From a bacterium (GTDB taxonomy: Bacteria > Bacteroidota > Bacteroidia > Bacteroidales > UBA932), in NCBI GenBank assembly GCA_963639865.1, contig CAVHWO010000043.1, positions 2,113 through 66,112 of the forward strand: DNA of 64,000 bases, written 5' to 3'. A program made the position numbers and the translations under genes. Of the stretch, positions 28,694 to 39,200 are shown piece after piece. The notes beneath the pieces were generated by a model. The model worked only from the letters and a program-made list of their open reading frames with translations. It did no database searches and was not told the origin of the DNA. Within the stretch, counting starts at the first letter, position 1, and every line of letters begins with the position of its first letter.

Positions 28694-29631
28694 TATTTCT
28701 TCCAGAGAGGTGTAGGATAGAAGCCCTTGTCGGCGAGTTCCTTGAACTTGGCCACAACTCCCGGACGGTCTTCCTTGTAGGTCACGCCGAACCAGTGTGA
28801 GTCTGTCGAGAGAACCTCACACTTGTAGCCGCGCTCCTTCATCAGGATGTTGACGGCGTAAGGGATGTAGTATTCTTTCTTGAGCTCATTGATGTTCTGC
28901 TCCAGAAAACTTGTGAACACTTCCTCGCTGAGCTGGAAATAGTCCGGGGTGAAGCCCCACATGTTCATCGAGCAAAGTGCCTTTCCCTCGAGTTCGACGT
29001 GTGTCGCTCCGTTGACTGAGTTGTCACCGTAGACCTTTCCGTCAGCATCCTTGCCGATGTTCAGATGCTCGGCGATGCCGGTGAGGTGAAGTTCCTTGTC
29101 GTAGTAGCAGATGCCGCGGGAGACCTTGCCGTACTCGGAAAGGGTGTTGTCAAGCTCGAAGCCTACGATGCTGCATGTGCCGGTGCTGTTCTCATGAGCC
29201 CTGAGCCAGTCGCCGAGAATCTTGAAAGACTCCTTGCCGTAATAGTCGTCGCCGTTGATGACGGCGAACGGCTCGCGGATGACATCCTTTGCCATCAGCA
29301 CCGCATGGGCGGTTCCCCAAGGCTTCTGCCTCTCCGGGTTGAGGGTGAACCGGGAAGGAATCTTGTTCAGTTCCTGGATCACGAAATCGAACTCGAGAGG
29401 AGTGCCGTCAGGGCAGGTGACACCGCTGTACTTCTCCTTCACGGTCTGCTCGAACTGTTCGCGGAAATATTCCCTGACAATGTAGACGACCTTGCCGAAG
29501 CCTGCGTTGACGGCGTCGTAGATTGAATAGTCGATGATTGTCTCGCCGTTTGGACCGAGTCCGTCCATCTGCTTCAGACCGCCGTAACGGCTGCCCATGC
29601 CTGCTGCAAGTACAAGAAGTGTAGGTTTCAT
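28693..29631 (-). CDS. Sugar-phosphate nucleotidyltransferase
   Basis: LVLAAGMGSRYGGLKQ, KPWGTAHA, VINGDDYYG, WFGVTYKED. Confidence 0.9.
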   Translation of the reverse strand: MKPTLLVLAAGMGSRYGGLKQMDGLGPNGETIIDYSIYDAVNAGFGKVVYIVREYFREQFEQTVKEKYSGVTCPDGTPLEFDFVIQELNKIPSRFTLNPERQKPWGTAHAVLMAKDVIREPFAVINGDDYYGKESFKILGDWLRAHENSTGTCSIVGFELDNTLSEYGKVSRGICYYDKELHLTGIAEHLNIGKDADGKVYGDNSVNGATHVELEGKALCSMNMWGFTPDYFQLSEEVFTSFLEQNINELKKEYYIPYAVNILMKERGYKCEVLSTDSHWFGVTYKEDRPGVVAKFKELADKGFYPTPLWKK

Positions 29632-29662
29632 ATTTTTTGAATATTAATGGTTTCTAATCCCG

Positions 29663-29680
29663 CAAAATTAACTAATTTTG
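29663..29680. promoter_or_regulatory. Palindromic back-to-back -7 elements
   Basis: CAAAATTA-AC-TAATTTTG between divergent genes. Confidence 0.6.
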
Positions 29681-29701
29681 TGAAAATAATGTTCTAAAGC
29701 C

Positions 29702-30028
29702 GTGGGAAAGTTCAAGGACATCTGGAATAGGGATTTGGATGGCAGGAACGCCGAAAGGCGATCTTTTGTCCGTTATGCCATCTGCGCCACCGCCTTTTTC
29801 ATCATTATGGTCGGGTTCGTCAACCAGAACAACATCGTCCGCTGGGTAAAGGCAGGCTTCGAGATCCGCAATCAGGAGAGGCTGATCGAGAGGTACAGTG
29901 CCGAGATCAAGGACATGGAGAACCGGATCCACGGCCTGACCTCCGACAGGGACTCGCTTGAGCGGTTCGCCCGCGAGAATTTCGGGTTCGCCGAACCGGG
30001 CGACGACGTGTACGTTCTGGAAAAATAA
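29702..30028 (+). CDS. FtsB/DivIC septum formation initiator family protein
   Basis: TM helix, coiled coil, LERFARE.F....DDVY. Confidence 0.8.
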   Translation: MGKFKDIWNRDLDGRNAERRSFVRYAICATAFFIIMVGFVNQNNIVRWVKAGFEIRNQERLIERYSAEIKDMENRIHGLTSDRDSLERFARENFGFAEPGDDVYVLEK

Positions 30029-30040
30029 TTTCAAGTGAAT

Positions 30041-31402
30041 ATGGATCTTCATTCTCTTCTGGCAGTGTCTCCGATCGACGGTCGCTATGCTGCCAAAACA
30101 GCTTCGTTGAGACAGTACTTCAGCGAGTTCGCCTTCATCCGCAATCGTGTAAGGGTGGAGGTGGAGTACTTCATCACCCTGTGCGGAATACCTCTGCCCC
30201 AGCTTGCTGATTTCGGCGAAGGCACGGGACTGTCCCGTGAGGAGTTGATCTCCCGTCTGCGGGGACTCTATCAGGCGATGACCCCGGAGGATGCCATGAA
30301 AGTGAAGGACATCGAAAAGGTCACCAACCACGATGTCAAAGCCGTTGAATATTTCATAAAGGAGAACTTCAAGACTTTGGGAATATCCCGCTGGCAGGAG
30401 TTCGTCCATTTCGGCCTGACCTCCCAGGACATCAACAACACGGCTCAGCCGCTGATGCTGAAGGAGGCTATTGAGAATGAATATCTTCCTGCGCTGAAAG
30501 AGGTGATTTCCATCCTTGCCGCCGATGTGGAGGCCTGGAAGGATGTCCCGATGCTTGCCAGGACCCACGGCCAGCCGGCCACCCCGACAAGGCTCGGGAA
30601 GGAATTCCAGGTTTTTGTCTCAAGGCTCGACGAGCAGCTCCACCAGTTCGGTCTGCTGACCTGGCCCGCCAAGTTCGGCGGGGCCACCGGCAACATGAAT
30701 GCCCACAAGGTCGCCTTCCCGGACATCGACTGGCCTGCCTTCGCCGACAGGTTCGTGGCGTCGCTCGGGCTGAAAAGATCCTTCCCGACCACGCAGATCG
30801 ACCACTATGACAACCTTGCGGCGATCTTTGACTGCCTGCGACGCATCAACACGATTCTCATCGATCTCTGCCGCGACATCTGGACGTACATCTCAATGGA
30901 GTATTTCCACCAGCAGGTCGCAAAGAACGAGGTAGGTTCATCCGCCATGCCTCACAAGGTCAACCCGATAGATTTCGAGAATGCCGAGGGGAACCTCGGG
31001 ATGGCGAACGCCGTGCTGACATTCCTGTCGATGAAGCTTCCGGTCTCAAGACTGCAGAGAGACCTGACTGACTCCACCGTCCAGCGTAACATCGGAGTCC
31101 CTGTCGCCCACGGAATGATCGCTCTCGCATCCTTGAAGAAAGGTCTTGGAAAACTGATTCTGAACCGTCCCGCCATCGACGCTGAACTGCACCGCAACTG
31201 GGCGGTAGTCGCCGAGGCTATCCAGACCATCCTCCGCCGCGAGAATTATCCTAACCCGTACGAGAACCTCAAGAATCTCACCCGCACCGGCTCCGCCATC
31301 GACGAGAAGACCATCGAGGACTTCATAGGCACCCTCGATGTCGCCGACTCCGTCAAGGAAGAGCTCCGCGCCATCACTCCGTGGAACTACACCGGCTTCT
31401 GA
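30041..31402 (+). CDS. purB: Adenylosuccinate lyase
   Basis: SPIDGRY, TNHDVKAVEY, ARTHGQ, GSSAMPHKVNPIDFEN. Confidence 0.98.
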   Translation: MDLHSLLAVSPIDGRYAAKTASLRQYFSEFAFIRNRVRVEVEYFITLCGIPLPQLADFGEGTGLSREELISRLRGLYQAMTPEDAMKVKDIEKVTNHDVKAVEYFIKENFKTLGISRWQEFVHFGLTSQDINNTAQPLMLKEAIENEYLPALKEVISILAADVEAWKDVPMLARTHGQPATPTRLGKEFQVFVSRLDEQLHQFGLLTWPAKFGGATGNMNAHKVAFPDIDWPAFADRFVASLGLKRSFPTTQIDHYDNLAAIFDCLRRINTILIDLCRDIWTYISMEYFHQQVAKNEVGSSAMPHKVNPIDFENAEGNLGMANAVLTFLSMKLPVSRLQRDLTDSTVQRNIGVPVAHGMIALASLKKGLGKLILNRPAIDAELHRNWAVVAEAIQTILRRENYPNPYENLKNLTRTGSAIDEKTIEDFIGTLDVADSVKEELRAITPWNYTGF

Positions 31403-31495
31403 TGAGAGGCCGCGCCTCTGCCGCACGCACTTTGGATAAGTGACCGGACACGCGGCGGCAAGGCACGGAAATAAGCCCTCCTGCTATAGTACCTG

Positions 31496-32722
31496 CTATA
31501 GTATCAGAAGAATCGCAAAGACGTAGAGCATGAACCCCTGGAAACGGAGACGGCTCTTGGTGCTGGAATGGAGCATCTCCTCGGTCGGGTCATCGTCGGT
31601 CATCTCAAGCAGAGTCTCGTTTGACGGGATTCTGTTGTGGGAATATTTCCGGATGAGCTGGCCGTCATTGAACCAGGTCGCTCCGCCGTTAGAGCGGTTG
31701 AGGGTGACGAGCGTCTTCCGGTCCGCGAAATATGTCGAACCTGCCAGCCTGGAGCGAACATCCGGTACAATCACAGGCAGCATGTCAAACTGCTCCTTTG
31801 TGGAGGAAACCAGCAGCAGGGGAGTGAACCCGGCGGCCCGCGCCCCGTCAAGGGCATCGGCTGTCCTTGTCCAGAAGACTCCGTCCGCCTTGTCCGGGTC
31901 ATAGACCGAAACCGCGAGCACATTCCCGCGTGTGGCCTTTTCGTCTTGATAGTTTCCCAATGAATCCGTGAACGGGAGCGCAGGATCGTTGTCCTCGATG
32001 TCCGCTCCGTTGATCAGAATGGTCTCCGTTCGGACGAAAGTCCAGGTCGAGTCCGGGAGGTGATCCAGATCGAAGGCTCCCTCCTGCCCGTTCTTCTCGT
32101 AGATGATCGTGGCCTTGTAGTGTCCGGAGTCATCCCCGTCGCCTTCGCCTGCCAACAGCTCGCTTCCTGGTGTGAATTCGGTGTAATCCACAAGCGGGAT
32201 GCTTGTCAGCGAATAGACTGTGAAGAGAATGATCGAGGCTCCCACGATGCCGAAAGATATATATTTCCGTTGCCTGTTCTTCCCGAAATGTTTGAAGGGA
32301 AGGAATGCCACCATCGCCAAGGCAAGCAGGATCAGATTCTTGAGGAATGTCTGGAGATTGGTCAGATGGATGATCTCGCCGAAGCACCCGCAGTCGGTGA
32401 GACTGACCGGATTGAATATGGCCAGAAACAACGTCAGCACGGTGAAAAAGACAATCATCGCCGAGGTGATGACCGCCACCTGCCTCCTCCAGACTCCGCT
32501 GATAAGCGCCGCACCAAGGATAGCTTCGGCGAGTGCGAAGAACACGGCGGTGACTTTTGCGGCCGGCAGCAGGAATGTCACATGGAAGAACCTGAAATAC
32601 CCTTCCATCACCAGCCCGGACCCGACCGGATCAAGCAGCTTGAAGATTCCGGCGGCCAGGAAAACCACTCCCACGATGAATGCGCACAGCCTTCTGAGCC
32701 TGAAAAGAAAAACGTTGCTCAT
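31496..32722 (-). CDS. DoxX/MauE-domain membrane protein (BT_3928-like)
   Basis: KLLDPVG, DCGCFG, TFLKN, periplasmic domain ending RSNGG. Confidence 0.8.
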   Translation of the reverse strand: MSNVFLFRLRRLCAFIVGVVFLAAGIFKLLDPVGSGLVMEGYFRFFHVTFLLPAAKVTAVFFALAEAILGAALISGVWRRQVAVITSAMIVFFTVLTLFLAIFNPVSLTDCGCFGEIIHLTNLQTFLKNLILLALAMVAFLPFKHFGKNRQRKYISFGIVGASIILFTVYSLTSIPLVDYTEFTPGSELLAGEGDGDDSGHYKATIIYEKNGQEGAFDLDHLPDSTWTFVRTETILINGADIEDNDPALPFTDSLGNYQDEKATRGNVLAVSVYDPDKADGVFWTRTADALDGARAAGFTPLLLVSSTKEQFDMLPVIVPDVRSRLAGSTYFADRKTLVTLNRSNGGATWFNDGQLIRKYSHNRIPSNETLLEMTDDDPTEEMLHSSTKSRLRFQGFMLYVFAILLIL

Positions 32723-33405
32723 TTTGTTCCGATATGTTCGTCAATAACTTCCTTAACCTTCGCGAATATCCCTTCCGGAGGCAGCATCTGGCCGAACTCG
32801 TCCGAGCAGTCAATCCTGATGAAATCCGGATCGAGGGCGACCTGCCGGCGGTAAATCGCCTGAACCTGCCTCTGGAACCCGATGTCTGATTCATGGATGT
32901 CCTGAGAGCCGTGGAGATAGTCCCTGTCGCTGCCGGTTCTTGCCGACTCCAACCTGCTTTCGACGAATGAGATGGGAACGTCCAGGAAGATGTTCAGGTC
33001 AGGTCTTGGCAGACCGAAGTCGCCATATTCGGTGTTAATTATCCATTCGCGCAGGTTCTCTTTCTCCGCCGGATCCTGAAGCTTGGCGCACTGGTAGGCG
33101 ATGTTGGAGTAAACGTACCTGTCAAGCAGCACCGAACCGCCCTCCGCAAGGGTCTTTTTCATCAATGGAGCCGCCCCGTGCCTGTCCTCGGCGAACAGCA
33201 GAGCCACCAGCTGGGGGTGTACGGACTCGTTGCTTCCGAAATCCCCGCGCAGAAACCGGCTGATCAGATCCCCGTAAACCGGGGCGTCGTACCTCGGAAA
33301 GTGGATGTACTCCAACTTCGGGCATATCTTTTCAAGATACGCCTTCAACCTCTTGACTTGCGTGGATTTCCCAGCTCCGTCCAAACCTTCCAGAACGACC
33401 AGCAT
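32719..33405 (-). CDS. tmk: Thymidylate kinase
   Basis: VLEGLDGAGKSTQ, LLFAEDR, LLDRYVYSNIAYQ, PDL.IFLD; start moved to ATG at 33405. Confidence 0.92.
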   Translation of the reverse strand: MLVVLEGLDGAGKSTQVKRLKAYLEKICPKLEYIHFPRYDAPVYGDLISRFLRGDFGSNESVHPQLVALLFAEDRHGAAPLMKKTLAEGGSVLLDRYVYSNIAYQCAKLQDPAEKENLREWIINTEYGDFGLPRPDLNIFLDVPISFVESRLESARTGSDRDYLHGSQDIHESDIGFQRQVQAIYRRQVALDPDFIRIDCSDEFGQMLPPEGIFAKVKEVIDEHIGTK

Positions 33406-33460
33406 AACGATTGTTTTTTGATGGGAGTCTTGAGTCCTCGTCAAAACATTCCACAAGCCA

Positions 33461-33489
33461 CAAAGATATTCAATTTTTGTCTATTTTTG
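33461..33489. promoter_or_regulatory. Divergent -7 elements (tmk / folP)
   Basis: Minus TATCTTTG at 33461-33468; plus TATTTTTG at 33482-33489. Confidence 0.6.
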
Positions 33490-33507
33490 TTTAAAAATAA
33501 TGTCAAT

Positions 33508-34353
33508 ATGGGAAGTGAAGTGGACAGGAATATTCAGGTGATGGGCATTGCCAACCTCACCGATGACTCTTTCTTCGCCGGCAGCCGCAATCTCCGCATT
33601 GACGGGACCTTCGACGAAGCTCTTTTTCGGGACAGGATTATGAATATGCTCGCCTCGGGTGCGGACATCCTTGATCTGGGGGCGTGTTCGACCCGTCCGG
33701 GCTCTGACTCCATCAGTGAGGAGGAAGAGTGGAGAAGGCTTGAGCCGGCATTGAATATCCTTGCGTCGGAACATCCAGGTGTCCACGTTTCCATCGACAC
33801 TTTCAGACCAGGAATCGTGAGCCGCGCGTTCGACATCATCGGTCCGTTCATCGTGAACGATGTCAGCGGCGGATGCGGGGACATGTGGAGGCTGCTTGGC
33901 TGGCTTGGGTTGCCGTACATTGCGATGCACACCCGTGGGACTCCCAAGAATATGCAGAGCCTTACGGACTATGACAATGTCACCGAGGTCGTCCGCCGGT
34001 TCTTCGTCGGGATCGCCGCCGAGGCTGACAGGCACGGAGTGAAGGACTGGATTCTGGATCCCGGATTCGGCTTCGCCAAGACCGTTGAACAGAACTGGCA
34101 GCTGCTTCGTGAAATGTCTGTACTTCAGGAGTTTGGCAGGAAGATTCTCGTCGGCCTTTCCCGCAAGAGTTTCCTGTTCAGGCCGTTGGGCATCACCCCT
34201 GCCGACGCATTGCCTGCCACACAGGTCGCTGACTTCATCGCCCTCCAAAACGGCGCGGACATCCTCCGCGTCCACGATGTCGCCGAAGCCGTCCGCACAG
34301 TCAAGCTCTACCGTTTACAGAATGGTATGTGTCAGGTCCCTTCGCCCCTTTAA
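33508..34353 (+). CDS. folP: Dihydropteroate synthase
   Basis: VMGIANLTDDSF, STRPG, SIDT, LDPGFGFAK, LSRKS, ILRVHDV. Confidence 0.95.
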   Translation: MGSEVDRNIQVMGIANLTDDSFFAGSRNLRIDGTFDEALFRDRIMNMLASGADILDLGACSTRPGSDSISEEEEWRRLEPALNILASEHPGVHVSIDTFRPGIVSRAFDIIGPFIVNDVSGGCGDMWRLLGWLGLPYIAMHTRGTPKNMQSLTDYDNVTEVVRRFFVGIAAEADRHGVKDWILDPGFGFAKTVEQNWQLLREMSVLQEFGRKILVGLSRKSFLFRPLGITPADALPATQVADFIALQNGADILRVHDVAEAVRTVKLYRLQNGMCQVPSPL

Positions 34354-34364
34354 TCCATTTAGCA

Positions 34365-34413
34365 CTTCGACAGGCTCAGGGATCAACCTATTCGGTCGCA
34401 GAGCCTGTCGAAG
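34365..34413. repeat. REP-like palindromic element
   Basis: CTTCGACAGGCTC...GAGCCTGTCGAAG, 13-bp perfect arms between convergent folP and infB. Confidence 0.7.
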
Positions 34414-34420
34414 CGACTAT

Positions 34421-37345
34421 CTAGTCAAGCGTCTGCTTGATCTCGGTGATGATGAACGCCTCGATGAAGTCCCCGACTTTCAGGTCATTGAACTTGTCGA
34501 TGCCGATGCCGCACTCCATTCCGGCGGAGACTTCCTTCGCGTCGTCCTTGCCCCTCTTGAGGGATGCAAGCTCGCCGGTATAGACCACGATACCGTCGCG
34601 GATGAGTCTGCACTGCGCCGTCTTCGAGATCTTTCCGTCCCGGACAAGGCATCCCGCGATCGTTCCGACCTTGGAGATCTTGAAAGTCTGCTTGACCTCG
34701 GCCGTACCGGTGATCTCCTCCTTCTTGATCGGCTCAAGCATGCCCTCGATACCATCCTTCACATCATTGATCGCATCATAGATGACCGAGTACAGACGGA
34801 TCTCGATGCCTTGATCGTCAGCCAGTTTCCTGGCGTCGGTCGAAGGACGGACCTGGAATCCGATGATGACGGCGTCCGAAGCCTCCGCGAGGATCACATC
34901 GGACTCGGATATGGCTCCTACCGCCTTGTGGATCACATTCACGCGGACCTGCTCGGTGGAGAGTTTGATGAGGGAATCCGACAGAGCCTCGACAGAACCG
35001 TCCACGTCACCCTTCACGATGACATTGAGTTCCTTGAAGTTGCCGATGGCGATCCTTCGGCCGATCTCCTCAAGGGTCATGTGCTTCTGCGTCTTGATGC
35101 CCTGGATCCTCAGGAGCTGCTCGCGCTTGTTGGCGATCGCCTTGGCCTCCTTCTCGTCGCTCATCACATTGAACTTGTCACCGGCGCTCGGAGCTCCGTT
35201 GAGTCCGAGGATCGAGACAGGAGTGGAAGGGCCGGCCTCCTTCACCTTCTGCCCGCGCTCGTTGAACATGGCCTTCACACGGCCATAGTAACTGCCGCTC
35301 AGCACCATGTCCCCTGTCTTGAGGGTTCCGTCCTGCACGAGTACCGTGGCGACATAGCCCCGGCCCTTGTCCAGAGATGATTCGATGACCGCTCCCACTC
35401 CGTTCTTGGCCGGGTTGGCCTTGAGGTCAAGGAGGTCGGTCTCAAGAAGAATCTTCTCAAGAAGCTTGTCCACGTTGAGGCCTTTCTTGGCGGAGATCTC
35501 CTGACACTGGTACTTCCCGCCCCATGCCTCCGTGAGGATGTTCATCTGGGACAGTTGCTGATAGATTTTTTCCGGCTGTGCTCCCGGTTTGTCGATCTTG
35601 TTGATGGCGAACACCATCGGCACTCCTGCAGCCTGGGCGTGGTTGATGGCCTCGACTGTCTGAGGCATAACCGCGTCATCAGCGGCGATGATGATGATCG
35701 CCAGGTCGGTGAGCTGGGCTCCGCGGGCCCGCATGGCGGTGAACGCCTCGTGGCCAGGGGTGTCCAGGAAGGTGATTCTTCTGCCGTCAGGGAGCTTCAC
35801 GTTGTAGGCACCGATGTGCTGCGTGATGCCGCCCGCCTCTCCGGCGATGACGTTCGATTTGCGGATATAGTCGAGCAGCGATGTCTTGCCGTGGTCAACG
35901 TGACCCATCACGGTGATGATCGGCGGCCTTGGGACGAGATCCTCCTCGCGGTCGGCCTGCTCGCTGTTCCCCTCGATCTCCTCGGTCAGGTCGGCCGTGA
36001 CAAACTCGACCTTGTAGCCGAACTGCTCGGCGACAAGCACGAGAGCCTCGGCGTCAAGCCTCTGGTTGATGGACACCATCAGACCGAGTTCCATACAGGC
36101 CTTGATGACCTCGTTGACAGGAGTGCTGTTCATGAGGGTGGCAAGGTCGTTCACGGTCACGAATTCGGTGACCTTGAGAACCTTCTTTCCGGCTATCTCC
36201 TGTGCCATCTCCTCCTGGGACTTGGCCGCGGCCTGCTCCCTCTTCTCCTTTCTGTATTTGGCTCCGAAGTTGTTCTTCTTGTTGTCGTTCATCCTGGCGT
36301 AGGTCTCCTTGACCTGTTTCTGGATCTCCTTCTGCATCGCCTCCTGCTCCTCTTCGGTCATCGCCGGCTTGAACCTGTCCGATCCACGGTTCCGCTTCTT
36401 CCCGCCCTTGCCCTGATCCTGAGCTTGCTTGGCGTTCTTGTTGTTTCTGTCCTTGCGCGAACTGTTGTTGTCCGCCTGCTTTCCTTCCTTCGCCACGTCA
36501 ACCTTCTGGCTGCCCTTGGCGATCCTCTCTCTCTTCTTGTTGCCTTTCTTCGGCTCGAATTGGGACAGATCTATCTTTCCGAGGACCTTGAAACCAGGCG
36601 TGGAATTCTCGGCGGCCGGTTTTTCCTCTTTGGCATCCGGTCGGTCTTCCGGCTGCCGGGATTCCGCCTTTACCCGCTCCTCCTTCTGTCCGGAGGTTTC
36701 GGCAGGTTCACTCTCTGGTCTGCCTTCCGGCCTCCCGTCACCATGATTCTCCTTCCCTGAAGCCGGGGTTGTCTGCTCAGGGGCGGTTTCTTTGGCGGTC
36801 TCGGTCTTCATGACCTCAGGCTGCGGCTCCGGCTTGTCCTCGGTCACCTCAACCTTAGGCTCTTCGACAGGAGTTTCCAGAACAGGTTGCCCGACAGGAT
36901 CGGCCTCCGGCTCCTTTGCCGTCACGGAGGCTGCAGCCTCCTGAACAGGCTGTTGAGTCTGAACTTCAGGCCCCGCATCCGGACGGGACTCCTGCACCGC
37001 CGGCTGAACATTTTCCGGTTCAGGCTTCGGCGCCGCCGGTGTGAAGATGGTTGTCTTTATGACAGTCTCTCTGACCGGCTCCTCATCTTCCTCCTTTACG
37101 CTGTCCTGCTGCTTTTTGGAGGATTTCTCCAGAATCTCGTTGAGTTTGATGTCAACCTTTTCTGAAGCCTGCTTCAGCTCCAGATCCTTTCCGAACTGCT
37201 TCTCGATTTCCGGAAGAATCTCGTCCGAGATCTTCGCATTAGGATTGGCTTCGATCTCCACTCCCTTGCCGGCCAAAAAGTCAACCAGGTTCTGAAGCCC
37301 TATGTTATAAGTTCTGATTATCTTGTTTAGTCTGATTTCTGCCAT
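34421..37345 (-). CDS. infB: Translation initiation factor IF-2
   Basis: [32 protein letters not shown]; long acidic N-terminal region. Confidence 0.99.
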   Translation of the reverse strand: MAEIRLNKIIRTYNIGLQNLVDFLAGKGVEIEANPNAKISDEILPEIEKQFGKDLELKQASEKVDIKLNEILEKSSKKQQDSVKEEDEEPVRETVIKTTIFTPAAPKPEPENVQPAVQESRPDAGPEVQTQQPVQEAAASVTAKEPEADPVGQPVLETPVEEPKVEVTEDKPEPQPEVMKTETAKETAPEQTTPASGKENHGDGRPEGRPESEPAETSGQKEERVKAESRQPEDRPDAKEEKPAAENSTPGFKVLGKIDLSQFEPKKGNKKRERIAKGSQKVDVAKEGKQADNNSSRKDRNNKNAKQAQDQGKGGKKRNRGSDRFKPAMTEEEQEAMQKEIQKQVKETYARMNDNKKNNFGAKYRKEKREQAAAKSQEEMAQEIAGKKVLKVTEFVTVNDLATLMNSTPVNEVIKACMELGLMVSINQRLDAEALVLVAEQFGYKVEFVTADLTEEIEGNSEQADREEDLVPRPPIITVMGHVDHGKTSLLDYIRKSNVIAGEAGGITQHIGAYNVKLPDGRRITFLDTPGHEAFTAMRARGAQLTDLAIIIIAADDAVMPQTVEAINHAQAAGVPMVFAINKIDKPGAQPEKIYQQLSQMNILTEAWGGKYQCQEISAKKGLNVDKLLEKILLETDLLDLKANPAKNGVGAVIESSLDKGRGYVATVLVQDGTLKTGDMVLSGSYYGRVKAMFNERGQKVKEAGPSTPVSILGLNGAPSAGDKFNVMSDEKEAKAIANKREQLLRIQGIKTQKHMTLEEIGRRIAIGNFKELNVIVKGDVDGSVEALSDSLIKLSTEQVRVNVIHKAVGAISESDVILAEASDAVIIGFQVRPSTDARKLADDQGIEIRLYSVIYDAINDVKDGIEGMLEPIKKEEITGTAEVKQTFKISKVGTIAGCLVRDGKISKTAQCRLIRDGIVVYTGELASLKRGKDDAKEVSAGMECGIGIDKFNDLKVGDFIEAFIITEIKQTLD

Positions 37346-37391
37346 ATTCCACCCCTTTAAATTAATGATTGTCCGCTATCGTGCCGGAGAA

Positions 37392-38657
37392 CTATTCTTC
37401 AAATTCGGCTTTCAGTATCCTGAACACCTCAGCGACGGTCTCGTCCTCAAGGTCAGCCCTCTTGGCGATGTCCTCAGGCGTGAATGCGAGCACGCTCTTG
37501 GCGGTGTCGCAGCCGATGGCCTCCAGACGGTCGATGACCCACTGGTCGATCTCGTTGCTGAACTCGCTGAGCAGCACGTCCTCTTCCTCCTGCGCCTCGT
37601 CCTTAGGAAGCTCTCTCCAAACCTCGATCTCCCTTCCGACAAGCATTCCGGCCAGTTTGATGTTGCAGCCTCCGCGGCCGATTCCCTTCTTGACCTCGTC
37701 AGGCTGCATATAAACCTTGATCTTGTCCTCTTCCGAGCTCCCAAGGTCGATCGACGAGACTCTCGCCGGGTTCAACGCCCTCTGGATGAGGAGCTGTGTA
37801 TTGTTCGTCCACTGAAGAACGTCGATGTTCTCGTTGCGCAGCTCGCGCACGATTCCGATGATCCTTGAGCCCTTCACGCCGATGCAGGCTCCGATCGGGT
37901 CGATCCGCTCGTCGTAGGACTCCACGGCAACCTTGGCGCGCTCGCCGGGCACCCGCACGACTTTCTTGATAGTGATCAGACCATCGAAGATCTCCGGTAC
38001 CTCATGCTCGAATAGTTTCTCAAGGAACTCGTTGGATGTCCTGGAAAGGGTGATGTAAGGGGTGGTGTTGTTCTTCATCTCCACGCTCTTGATTATGGCG
38101 CGGAGGGTGTCTCCCTTCTTGAACCTCTCTCCCGGGATCTGCTCGGCCTTGGGCAGATGCAGCTCGTTGTTGTCATCGTCAAGGATAATGACCTCCTTCG
38201 ACCACGTCTGGTAGATCTCTCCCGTGAAAATCTCGCCGACCTTGTCGGAATAGGCCTTGAAGACATTCGCCTTGTCTATGTCCATGATGCGGCCCTGAAG
38301 GTTCTGCCTGATGTTCAGGATTCCTCTTCTTCCGAAAGACGCAAGGGACAGCTTCTTGGTGTAGACATCTCCGATCTCGTAGTCGTCATCACCTGTCTCG
38401 GCCTTGATCTGGTCGAGGGTGATCTGTGTGTTGGGGTTCTCAACCTCCTCGACGATGTCGAAGTTCTGGTAGATCTCGCAGTCTCCCTTGTCCACGTTGA
38501 TGATGACGTCGAAGTTGTCGGCCGACCCGTAGGTCTTGGCGATCTGTGTGAGGAACACGTCCTTGAGCACACCCATCATCACCGGTCTGTCGATGTTCTT
38601 CTCCTCCTTGAAATCCTTGAAGGCGTCAATGAGAGTGATTTCTTCTTTCTTTTCCAT
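37392..38657 (-). CDS. nusA: Transcription termination/antitermination factor NusA
   Basis: S1/KH domains: EVPEIFDG, PGERAKVAV, DPIGACIG, IGRGG.NIKLA. Confidence 0.98.
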   Translation of the reverse strand: MEKKEEITLIDAFKDFKEEKNIDRPVMMGVLKDVFLTQIAKTYGSADNFDVIINVDKGDCEIYQNFDIVEEVENPNTQITLDQIKAETGDDDYEIGDVYTKKLSLASFGRRGILNIRQNLQGRIMDIDKANVFKAYSDKVGEIFTGEIYQTWSKEVIILDDDNNELHLPKAEQIPGERFKKGDTLRAIIKSVEMKNNTTPYITLSRTSNEFLEKLFEHEVPEIFDGLITIKKVVRVPGERAKVAVESYDERIDPIGACIGVKGSRIIGIVRELRNENIDVLQWTNNTQLLIQRALNPARVSSIDLGSSEEDKIKVYMQPDEVKKGIGRGGCNIKLAGMLVGREIEVWRELPKDEAQEEEDVLLSEFSNEIDQWVIDRLEAIGCDTAKSVLAFTPEDIAKRADLEDETVAEVFRILKAEFEE

Positions 38658-38675
38658 TGTTGTATTCTTTATTGT

Positions 38676-39146
38676 CTATTTCTTGAAAACGATGTAAGGG
38701 ATGACGGAATTGATCCTTTCGAATCCGAAGCGGTCCTCATGCTCCACAATCTCCTTCTTTTTTCTGCCCTCGACCGCCTCTTTCTGAGAGTATCGGAGAC
38801 ATACTCCATTCTCATCCGCCTCGGTCAGCACTCCGGTGATCCTTTTGCCTCCCTTCAGACTGACCTCCACCGCCGAGCCTATAGCCTTGGTGAACTGTCT
38901 CAGCACCTTGAACGGCTGGTCGAGACCTGCCGAGGTGACAGTGAGGGAATAGTCCTCCACGTCCCTGTCGAAGATTTCCAGGAACGCGTTGTTGACGCTG
39001 ACGCAATCCTCAAGATCGATGTCTCCGGTCTCTTTTTCGATTGTCAGGACGATGTCGTTGTCCTTGCTTACGGTGACATCCACGATGAAGCATCCACGTC
39101 CGCGCACCGCTTCCTCAATGCCGGCGATTATCTGTACCTTATCCAT
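38676..39146 (-). CDS. rimP: Ribosome maturation factor RimP
   Basis: LEDCV, DYSLTVTSAGLDQP; rimP-nusA-infB order. Confidence 0.92.
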   Translation of the reverse strand: MDKVQIIAGIEEAVRGRGCFIVDVTVSKDNDIVLTIEKETGDIDLEDCVSVNNAFLEIFDRDVEDYSLTVTSAGLDQPFKVLRQFTKAIGSAVEVSLKGGKRITGVLTEADENGVCLRYSQKEAVEGRKKKEIVEHEDRFGFERINSVIPYIVFKK

Positions 39147-39163
39147 AAATCATCATGTTTTAC

Positions 39164-39200
39164 AAAACAAAAGATAGGAGACGCTTTCGTCCTCCTATCT
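39164..39200 (-). promoter_or_regulatory. rimP leader terminator-like hairpin (attenuator)
   Basis: Minus AGATAGGAG-GACG-AAAG-CGTC-TCCTATCT followed by TTTGTTTT, between the promoter (TATCTTTG 39213-39220) and the ATG. Confidence 0.65.
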
